From contig OZ024743.1 in the NCBI GenBank assembly GCA_964016885.1, positions 29,946,001-30,010,000 on the forward strand: a stretch of 64,000 nt of DNA, written 5' to 3'. How positions within the stretch are numbered: the first letter of the stretch is position 1; each line of letters begins with the position of its first letter. The stretch comes from Eledone cirrhosa. Lineage: Eukaryota. The notes under the pieces were generated by a model. The model was not told the DNA's origin and made no database searches. It saw only the letters and a program-made list of their open reading frames with translations. The position numbers and the translations under genes were made by a program. Positions 53,601 to 64,000 of this stretch are shown here, one piece after another.

Positions 53601-56382
53601 ATCGATAGGGTATAGCAGAGAGTTAGCCTTATAGAAAAACAGAATAGAAAGAGAACTAGTAGCCAAGGTAGAGGAGGCACTTAGAAGTGGCTACGCGGTT
53701 AGAGTGTTAGCGTCGAGAACGGCACTGGACCAGTTCTTCGATGCGAAAAACGAAGGCTGAGTGGTCAGAAGCAAAACACGTGCTCTAGGAAACGAAGGAG
53801 CGAAATATATCAGCTGGGCCCGAGTGACGGAGGCAAAACGTGGCAACAAGTCCTCGATTCGGTCTATGAAAGACCAAAACGGACGCGTGCTACTTGACCC
53901 CAAACAAATGTGCGCGGCCTTTCAGCGGCAGTTTGCGCGACTGTTTGAGCAGAACGACGGTGAGCCGAACGGGGCAATGGACTTTAGGTCATACCTCGAC
54001 GGCCTGCCGCGTCTCTCGAACACGGACGCCGAGTTCTGCGAAAGACCAATCACGGACACTGAGATACGGGACGCTGTGGGCCGTTGCGGGAAACGCAAGT
54101 CACCCGGTCTAGATGGTCTACCCTACGAATTTTACATATGCCGAACTTGTTCTCTGGCGTCCTCGAAGCCGTCTACTGCAATTGGCAGCAGAACGGGAGA
54201 ATTTCCAGTTCTGCAGGCAAGGGCGTAGTAACGCTGATCAGGAAAGACGAGAACAAGGGGGCGGAATTAACAACTTCAGGCCCATAACTCTGCTCAACAC
54301 AGAGTTAAAGATTTTGGCCAAGGTGCTATCGACGAGGTTGGCGCTTGTCGTCGAGAACCTGGTAGGGAAAGCGCAAACGTGTGCAATCCCGACCAGGTCC
54401 ATACACGACAACCTCCACCTCATGCGATACATCATAGAGAGGGTGGGTAGTAAACCCGGCTTCGGTGGGGATCTGATCAACTTGCATCAGTCTAAGGCAT
54501 TCGATAGGGTCGACCATCGATACTTGGAAGCGGTTCTCAAGGCGGCCGGTTTCGGTCCCGTGTTCAGAGGATGGATCGAGGCGATGCACACCAGCATCTG
54601 CTCGAGGGTCAAGGTGAACGGCTACCTATCGGAGCCGCTCGCAATCACGCGTTCCATTCGACAGGGGTGCCCTCTCTCCTCCATTCTGTATGTATTGACT
54701 CTAGAGCCACTACTGCGGAAATTGGTGTGGTTGCAGGGCATCCCCCTAGAACCGGGACTGCGCAAAGCGGCTTCGGTTTATTCCGACGACGTGACAGTAA
54801 TGGTGTCGAGCACCTCGGAAATCGGGGTGATCGGCAACATACTGAAAGAATACGAAACGCTGACGGGAGCAAAACTAAACCCAGACAAGTCTGTCGGTTT
54901 GCAACTCGGTACCTGGAGAGGCAAACCGATGACATCCGACAGCGTCGTTGGACGCTGGACGGACGGACCGGTGAAATTGCTCGGGGTCTGGTTCGGTCCA
55001 GACCTCCAGGTGGAGAAAAACTGGAACGAGGTCACGGCCAAGGTGTTTGCAGAGTGCAAACTGTCCTTGAAAGGTCGAGCGGAGGTGGCGAACACTTTCA
55101 TAGCGTCCGTCATCTACTACCGCTTGACTGTCGTGCTTGTCCCCGTGAACACCTCGCCAAGAAGGAACGCATGCTCTTCCAGTTTCTGTGGAAGAAGCAG
55201 GCTCCGCTGGTGAGGCGATCCGTCCGCTGTCAGCACCCTTCCAACGGAGGGCTGGGAATGCGTGGCTGATGATGCGCAAACATGCGCTGAGGCTGCGGCA
55301 TCTCCAGGTATTCCTCACCGACACCCAACCGGTGTGGGCACCGTTTGTGAGGCAGGCTTTCCCACAGCTCGTCTCGCTAACGGAGCTGCAGTCCTGGATG
55401 AAGAAAAGACCGAAAATGATGGGCGCCTGGCACATTCAATGCGCTCAGGCGCTCACAGTCCTCTGGCAAGCGGGCGCAGCATTCAGTGGAGACTCCACTT
55501 CGACATTCTATAGAGGGATTGTACGTTACAAGGGCGACGACGTGCTCGGAGAGACTCTGGGCGTCGAAGACGATGAACTCACTAGTCTGTTTGGTAGGAC
55601 TTTCCGCCCAGGACCTATGGACAACTTCCAGAGGTCCCTGGCCTGGCAGTGCTACCGAGGAGCTCTACCGGTTCGTGACAAGATCTACAGGCACGGACGC
55701 CCTGGCAGGGATCCTTCCAAGAGGACGTATCCAAGATGTGCGCAGGACATTGAAACAGTTCTGCACGCAATTGTATACTTCCCGGGCGTAAGCGACCTGT
55801 GAAACTATGCAGAACAACTGCTGTCGCGTAAGGGACAAATCCAGTTGACTGCCGAGTCCATAGTAAGGATCAAACCGCCAGACTCTTCCAAAAACGAAAG
55901 AGAGGCGGTTTTCCTCTGTACGGTTGCTATGGTTAAAGAAGTTATATGGTGGACGAGATTGAGAGGACTGAGGACAGATGCCTTTCTCTCCGGACAACAA
56001 TTGATTCCCTTCTTTAAGTATCACTTTAGAAGGAGAATCAGAGTAGAGAGAGAAGCACTGCACCCCAGTAAATTTACTGAAAGGTGGGTGAATGAAGCGA
56101 AAATGGCCCGAGTGATTGGGCCTTCTCTGTTTATAAGCCTGTAGGTTGAGGAAGAGAGCAAAAGGAGGAAGGGAGCACTTGCACAACACGCTCCTGGAGT
56201 TGAGGGTTGTTCTATCGACGGGGTATTAAACAACCCATTTGTGGCGCCTCCCCCCTATTGGGGATTTCGATTGTTGAAATTGTTTGTTTTTATATATTTT
56301 ACACGACTGTATGTAAAATCCCCGGCATATCTTTGTATTGTCCCCGTTTCTTGTTGCGCCCTTGTGGCTAATAAAGAAATAT
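50630..56382 (+). mobile_element. Tx1/L1-clade LINE copy 3 (full length; subfamily B)
   Basis: ORF1 50837-52682 with CFRCGSTAHLNASC; ORF2 52724-56144 disrupted (YSDD); (TATC)n at 56383-56483. Confidence 0.95.
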
Positions 56383-56427
56383 ATCTATCTATCTGTCTAT
56401 CTATCTATCTATATATCTATTAAAACC

Positions 56428-56483
<56 letters not shown>

Positions 56484-56866
56484 CAACAATTGATTCCATT
56501 CTTTAAGTATCACTTTAGAAGGAGAATCAGGGTGGAGAGAGAGGCATTGCACCCCAGTAAATTTACTGAAAGGTGGGTGAATGAAGCGAAAATGGCCCGA
56601 GTGATTGGGCCTTCTCTGTTTATAAGCCTGTAGGTTGAGGAAGAGAGCAAAAGGAAGAAAGGAGCACTTGCACAACACGCTCCTTGAGTTGAGGGTTGTT
56701 CTATCGACGGGGTATTAAACAACCCATTTGTGGCGCCTCCCCCCTATTGGGGATTTCGATTGTTGAAATTGTTTGTTTTTATATATTTTACACGACTGTA
56801 TGTAAAATCCCCGGCATGTCTTTGTATTGTCCCCTTTCTTGTTGCGCCCTTGTGGCTAATAAAGAA
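56484..56866 (+). mobile_element. LINE copy 4 (3' fragment; subfamily B)
   Basis: Nearly identical to 55996-56380; followed by (TATC)n at 56867-56882. Confidence 0.95.
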
Positions 56867-56882
56867 ATCTATCTATCTATCT

Positions 56883-59800
56883 GACGGAATTACGAACTGT
56901 CGTATTCCGAACAATTTTAAATAAAACAAAAAAACCAGCGCAACCATCTCAAGCCGAAATTCAGTTAGTCTTGAAAGACGCGATGAGAGACATCACTTTT
57001 ATACAAAAGGATAAACTCTATGGGAGTTTATCCAATATGATGAAAGACGAATTGGCGGCGAAAAAATACTCTGTGTCGCCAATTCGGTCCACACACTACA
57101 CCTTCTTCCCCACCTACATGGGTAAAAAACCCCAGAGGATATGGATAACCACCATCACCCCAAACATAAACTACTGGTGGTTACTAACCGGCTTCCTCAA
57201 TTTAGACGAGGACAACCTCATTTCAATAAAGAAGGCATCCGGCGACGCGTTCAGTGGAACGAGCATCGAAGTTCTGACCCAAATAAGGCCAGAACGCATC
57301 GCCCAAATCCCTGAGCGCGTCATGCTGGATGACCGTACCCACCTCAACATTATTGTGGAGGGTAGGCGTCCCTCCTGTTACCTCTGTGGCAATAGAGGTC
57401 ACCTGAGGGCTGCCTGTCCCCAGCTCACACAGAAAAAAACACTGCTACCAACACAAACACCGCCCCAACATCAACAACAAAAACAACCACAACAACAACA
57501 ACAACAAAAACCAACAACCCCACCACCACCACCACCACCACCACCACAACAACAACAACAACAAATACGTGAAAAAATAACACAGAATACCGTCCCACCC
57601 AATCCCTCCCCACCCAAAACAAATACAAAATCACACACACCGCAAATACTACCAGAAAACATACCCCTCCCACCCAACAAAGAAGACGAACCCCTTTCGT
57701 CGCAAGACGAACAAGATCCCTTCCAACAAGTAAAAAGAAAGAAGAGGAGACGCACCACAGACACACATGTTAACTTTAATCCCCCCCCCCACCCAAGAGA
57801 ACACAAACTACACACAAACCACCCCTCCCTGTCACACAACACTATCTGCTACACAAAAAAAGACCTTACAATATACATACATGAACACAGACAACAAAGA
57901 ATTACGGAAAACAATTTCAGCAAACCCTTCGGTCCAAACCGAAGGGCCTAACTTTAAAACTGCTGTGGGACTACCTCATTTAAAAATGATAAACTCCCAA
58001 TGCACTTGTACAAAACACTGAAAATAAATTTCACGGAGGACGTTGCCCCCCCCCCTGCGCCAAACCAATCAACCGCGTCCTCCTAAAAAATCCCCCCCCC
58101 TCCCACACACACACCCCAGACACCCACTCAACCACAAACACCCCAACCCCACAACACACCGATGCCCCTTCACTTCCACAAACCACCACCCCACCCAACA
58201 ACCCATCCCCAACCAGCATGGAAATTGAGCGGCCCGTTTCCCGGGATGCAGAGAGGTAAGTGCCTTTTCTCCTTACCACCAACATGGCTGTGCTAAGAGT
58301 AGGGTGTCTAAATGTGCGTGTCCTGGGCTCGTCTTGGAAGCAAGCAATGCTTCTAAATGACCTCAGGTCACAATCTATAAATGTGATGGTTATCTGCGAG
58401 GCACGGATCAGCAGCATGCGACAGCTATCCCCCACCTTTGACGACTTTGAGATGCACGCATCTCTCTGTCAGCCCGGAGGTGGGGGTGGGGTTGTCGTTC
58501 TGCTGCAAAAACATATGGTCCTTGCAACACAGATAGTTCACTTGGACCCAGGGGGTCGACTGGTGGTGCTGGACCTTGGCAGTGGTGAAGGTAGAGCCTT
58601 TAGGCTGGTAGCCGTATATGCCCCTTTTGGGACTGAGCGGCCCGACTTTTTCCAGCGTCTGGAGTCTTTTCTAGGGACGTCCCGTTCCCTGCTTTTAGTG
58701 GGGCATTGGAATGGTATCCTGGATGCACGTTGGGAATATGCAGGGGCATGTCCCGATAGAGAGGGGTGCAACAGCCTCAAGGGGTTACTCGGCCGATTTG
58801 ACCTGGCCGATAGATTTCGACTAGATTTTCCGACGGTGCCAACCTGGTCTTGGTCAAATCGCAACGGATCATCTAGGTCGTACCTAGATAGATTTTTAGT
58901 TAGAAATAAGGACAGGGACTTTTTAAGTTGTCCAGAAATGCTCATGGTTGGCTATTCAGACCACAAGTTGGTGACCTGCATGGTCAACCTTGATAGAACG
59001 CATAGACAGGGCCCCGGTTACTGGAAGCTCAACTTGTCCTTGCCGGCAAGTAGAGCCTATAGGGATCGGATTAGTACGTTAGTTAAGGAACGGTTGACTG
59101 GAGCGATCGTCAACAGCAGGTGGTGGGTATCTCTAAAGAGAGAGATTAGAGTAGTCTCGATAGAATTTAGTAAGGTTCTAGCTGCGGATAGGAATAGGAA
59201 GGAAAGGGAGCTAATAGATAGAGTAGAAGAGGCTATTAGAAGCGGCAACGTGGCCAGAGTGCTAGCGTCGAGAACGGCTTTGAGCCATTTTTTCGACGAG
59301 AAGCACGAAGGCTGCGTTGTCCGAAGTAAAATACGTGCTCTAGGGAACGAGGGGACCAAAGCTGTTAGCTGGGCCCGCGTGACAGAGGCCAACAGTGGAA
59401 CTAAATCCACTATCCGGTCTTTGCGAGACCTGGATGGACGGGCGATTCTTGAGCCTAAGCAGATGTGTGAGGCCTTTCAAAGGCACTTTGCCCGACGGTT
59501 CGGGAGGGGCGGGGAGCCGGTTGGGAACGTGGACTTCGGTCCATACCTCGACGGCCTGCCGCGCCTCTCGGACAGGGAGGCGAAGTCCTGCGAGGAGCCG
59601 ATTTCGGCTGCTGAGATAGAGGACGTGCTGAGCCAATGCAGCAAACGCAAATCCCCGGGTCTCGATGGTCTTCCTTACGAATTATATCTAGCTATGCCGG
59701 ACTTGTTCCCCGATCTCCTCGAGGCGGTCTACTGCAACTGGCAACATAACGGGAGAATTCCCTGTACCGTGACCAAGGGCGTAGTCACGCTAGTAAGGAA

Positions 59801-61980
59801 GGACGAGAGCAAGGGGGACGAAATAAGTAACTTCAGGCCCATAACTCTGCTAAATACAGAGTTACAGATTTTGGCCAAGGTGCTAGCAAAGAGGTTGGCG
59901 CTTGTCGTGGGCAACCTGGTGGGAGATGCGCAGACATGCGCTATCCCGTCCAGGTCCATCCATGACAACCTCCACCTCATGCGATACATCATAGAGAGGG
60001 TTGGGAACGAACCCGGCTTTGGTGGCGCTCTGATCAACTTGGATCAATCTAAGGCGTTCGATAGGCTCGACCATGGTTACCTGGATGCGGTGCTAGCGGC
60101 GGCAGGCTTCGGACCCGTTTTCAGGGGCTGGATCACTGCTATGCACAGCAGCCGCATCTGCTCTAGGGTCAAGGTGAACGGCTACCTCTCGGAGCCGTTC
60201 AAAATCGCGCGGTCCATCCGACAAGGGTGCCCTCTTTCCTCCCTTGTGTATGTGTTGACTCTCGAGCTACTACTGCGGAAGTTGGAGTTGTTGCAGGGCA
60301 TCCCGTTGGAACCGGGATTGCGGAAAGCGGTGTCGGCCTACGCCGATGACGTGACAGTAATGGTGTCGACGGCCTCCGAAATCGAGGCGGTCGGCACCTT
60401 ACTGGAGGAGTACGAAAGGTTCACAGGGGCTAAGCTGAACCGGGACAAGTCGATCGGTTTGCAACTCGGCACGTGGAGGGGCAGACCGATGCCCTCCGAT
60501 GGCGTCGTCGGGCGCTGGACGGAGGGCCCGGTGAAGTAGCTCGGGGTCTGGTTCGGACCGGACCTCCAGGTGGAGAAAAACTGGGCGGAGGTTACGAACA
60601 GGGTGTTTGCACTGACCCAGAAGTGGGCCAGTTGCAAACTATCCCTGAAAGGTCGGGCGGAGGTGGCGAACACCTACATAGCGTCCGTAATCTACTACCG
60701 CCTGACCGTAGTGCCCTGCCCAAGGGAAACCCTCACCAAGATGGAGCGCGCACTCTTCCAATTCCTTTGGAAGAGGCGGGCTCCTATGTTGAGGAGATCC
60801 ATATGCTGTCAACACCCTTCGAAAGGGGGGCTGGGGATGCCGTGGCTAATGATGCGTAAACACGCATTAAGGCTACGGCACCTCTACGTATTCCTCACCG
60901 TCAACCGGTGTGGGCCTCGTTTGTGAGACGAACCTTTCCCAGACTCGTCTCACTCACCGAGCTGCAATCCTGGGTCAAGCAAAGACCGAGAAAACTGGGC
61001 GCCTGGCACACTGAGTGTGCCCAGGCGCTCACCGCCCTCTGGCAGGCGGATCCGGTTATCAGTGGAGACTCCACCGCAACATTCTATAGAGGGCTGGTAC
61101 GCAGCATGTGCGACGACGCCCTCGGAGAAGCCCTAGACATTGAAGAGGACGAACTGGCCAGACTGTTCGGTAGGACATTCAGCCCGGGACCTATGGACAA
61201 CTTCCAGAAGTCCCTGGCCTGGCAGTGCTACCGAGGGGCTTTACCCGTTCGAGAAAGGCTCTACAGACACGGGCGCCCGGGTAGGGACCCCGCCAAAAAG
61301 ATCTGTCCCAGATGCGTGTGCGACGAGGAAACGGTTGCATTGGTACACTGCTCGGGCGTAGCCGATCTGTGGGGCTATGTCGAACAACTGCTGTCAAGGG
61401 TGGGACCGATCCGGTTGACCACCGAGTCTATTGTAATCATCAAGCCGCCTCCCCCCTTCAAAGATGAAGCAGAGGCGGTGTTTCTGTGCGTAATAGCCAT
61501 GGCGAAAGAGGTTGTATGGTGGACGCGTCTGAAAGGACTGAGGTCAGGCACCTTTCTCTCTGGCCAACAACTGGTCCGTTTCTTCCGATATCATTTTGGA
61601 AGAAGGATCAGGATGGAGAGAGAGGTGCTCCACCCCAGTCGTTTTTATGAAAGGTGGGTGAAAGTGGCGAGAATGGCCCGTGTGAATGGGCCTTCTCTTC
61701 ATATAAGCCTGTAGGTGGAAAAGAGGAAGGAACGAGGGAGCACCCCCTCTCTGTGCTCCTGAGGAAAAGGGTTGCACACTTTTTTCCGGGGTGTGTGCGA
61801 CCCCCCAAGGCGCCTCCTCTCTATTGAGGATTTTGTTATAAATTTTATTTTTTGTTATATTTTATTTTATTTTTATATTTTGTTATTGCCTCCTCCTTAT
61901 TGAGGACGCCTTGTTTTGTAAACTCCCCCCATTGTACTTGTCCCCACTTTTGATGCCCTGGTGGCAAATAAAAGAAACAT
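56883..61980 (+). mobile_element. Tx1/L1-clade LINE copy 5 (5'-truncated in ORF1; subfamily C)
   Basis: ORF1 to 58259 with CYLCGNRGHLRAAC; ORF2 58284-61714 open through YADD, stop at 60537; short TATC tract at 61981-61993. Confidence 0.95.
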
Positions 61981-61993
61981 ATCTATCTATCTA

Positions 61994-64000
61994 GCCTCCA
62001 ATAGAAATAGGAAGGAAAGGGAGTTGTTAGATAGTGTAAAAGAGGCAATTAGAAGCGGCGACGTGGCCAGAGTGCTAGAGTCGAGAACGGCCCTGGGCCA
62101 GTTCTTCGACGCGAAACACGAAGGCTGCATCGTCCGAAGCAAAATACGTGCTCTGGGAAACGAGGGGACCAAAGCTGTTATCTGGGCCCGCGTGACAGAA
62201 GCCAAAAGAGGGAGCAGATACACTATCCGGTCTTTGCGAGACCAGGATGGACGGGTGATCCTTGAACCTAAGCAGATGTGCGAGGCTTTTCAAAAGCACT
62301 CTGCCGGATTGTTCGGAAGGGGCGGGGGGCCGGTTGGGGACGTGGACTTCGGTCCATACCTCGACGGCCTGCCGCGTCTCTCGGACAGGGAGGCGAAGTC
62401 CTGCGAGGAGCCGATTTCAGCCGCTGAGATAGAGGACGTGCTGAGCCAATGCGGCAAACGCAAATCCCCGGGTCTCGATGGTCTTCCATACGAACTATAT
62501 GTTCCCCGGTCTTGTTCCCCGGTCTCCTCGAGGCGGTCTACTGCAACTGGCAACAGAACGCGATAATTCCCTGTGCTGTGACCAAGGGCGTTGTCACGCT
62601 AGTGAGGAAGGACGAGAAAAAGGGGGACGATATAAATAATTTCAGGCCCATAACTCTACTAAATACAGAGTTACAGATTTTGGCCAAGGTGCTAGCAAAG
62701 AGGTTGGCGCTTGTCGTGGGCAACCTGGTGGGAGATGCGCAGACATGTGCTATCCCGTCCAGGTCCATCCACGATAACCTCCACCTCATGCGATACATCA
62801 TAGAGAGGGTTGGGAACGAACCCGGCTTTGGTGGGGCCCTGATCAACTTGGATCAATCTAAGGCATTGGATAGGGTCGACCATGGTTACCTGGATGCGGT
62901 GCTAGCGGCGGCAGGCTTCGGACCCGTTTTCAGGGGCCGGTTCAATGCCATGCACAGCAGCCGCATCTGCTCTAGGGTCAAGGTGAACGGCGACCTCTCG
63001 GAGCCGTTCAAAATCGCGCGGTCCATCCGACAGGGGTGCCCTCTCTCCTCCCTTCTGTATGTAATGACTCTAGAGCCACTGCTGCAGAAGTTGGAGTTGT
63101 TGCAGGGCATCCCGTTGGAACCGGGATTGCGGAAAGCGGTGTCAGCCTACGCCGATGACGTAACAGTAATGGTGTCGACGGCCTCGGAAATCGGGGCGAT
63201 CGGCACCTTACTGGAGGAGTACGAACGGTTTACAGGGGCTAAGCTGAACCGGGACAAGTCGATCGGTCTGCAACTTGGCACGTGGAGGGGGAGATCGATG
63301 CCCTCCGATGGTGTCGTCGCGCGCTGGACGGAGGGCCCGGTGAAGTTGCTCGGGGTCTGGTTCGGACCAGACCTCCAGGTGGAGAAGAACTGGGGTGAGG
63401 TGACGAACAGGGTGTTTGCACTGACCCGGAAGTGGGCCGAGTGCAAACTGTCCCTGAAAGGTCGGGCGGAGGTGGCGAACACTTATATAGCGTCCGTCAT
63501 CTACTACCGCCTGACCGTTGTGCCTTGCCCAAGGGAAACGCTCGCCAAAATGGAGCGCGCACTCTTCCAATTCCTTTGGAAGAAGCGGGCTCCTATGGTG
63601 AGGAGATCCATTTGCTGTCAACACCCTTCGAAAGGAGGGCTGGGGATGCCGTGGCTAATGATACGTAAACACGCATTAAGTCTACGGCACCTTCAGGTAT
63701 TCCTCTCCGGTCAACCGGTGTGGGCCCCGTTTGTGGGGCGAGCCTTTCCCAGACTCGTCTCACTCACCGAGCTGCAATCCTGGGTCAAGCAAAGACCGAG
63801 AAAACTGGGCGCCTGGCACACCGAGTGTGCCCAGGCGCTCACGGCTCTCTGGCAGGCGAACCCGGCTGTCAGTGGAGAATCCACCTCGTCATTCTATAGA
63901 GGGCTGGTGGTTAGCAGTTGCGACGACGCCCTGGGAGAAGCCCTAGGCATGGAGGAAGACGAACTGGCCAACCTGTTCGGTAGGACATTCAGCCCGGGAC
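61994..64000 (+). mobile_element. LINE copy 6 (5'-truncated after the endonuclease; subfamily C), continues past the window
   Basis: Aligns to copy 5 from ~59177; RT motifs including YADD at ~63148. Confidence 0.95.

Noticed and set aside
56885-56910. Hairpin cggaattacga-actg-tcgtattccg and a gacg start suggesting an intact 5' end for copy 5
   Set aside because: It translates as TELRTVVFRT and aligns with mid-ORF1 of copy 2, so this is a truncation point

Overview
This is AT-rich, microsatellite-dense eukaryotic (metazoan) DNA. The Nin/Deu-domain SINEs and the repeat make-up suggest an invertebrate, possibly a cephalopod (inference). No host gene can be called with confidence, and most ORFs in the track are microsatellite or antisense artefacts. 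The window is almost all retroelements, in three zones. (1) 1-9 kb: decayed minus-strand R4/Dong-type LINEs, a CRE-type fragment and a Tx1-like fragment at an (ATT)n site. (2) 15.6-36 kb: two convergent Penelope-like elements (PLEs; RT plus GIY-YIG) and many short palindromic or tandem elements abutting (TA)n tracts. These carry more than a dozen hammerhead-ribozyme-like motifs, several with a U3-A8 core variant or a much enlarged stem II. (3) 40.6-64 kb: a head-to-tail array of six Tx1/L1-clade LINE copies from three subfamilies. Every junction is a (TATC)n/(GATA)n tract, and splice-site-like signals bracket ORF2. Coordinates were read by eye and may be off by a few bases.
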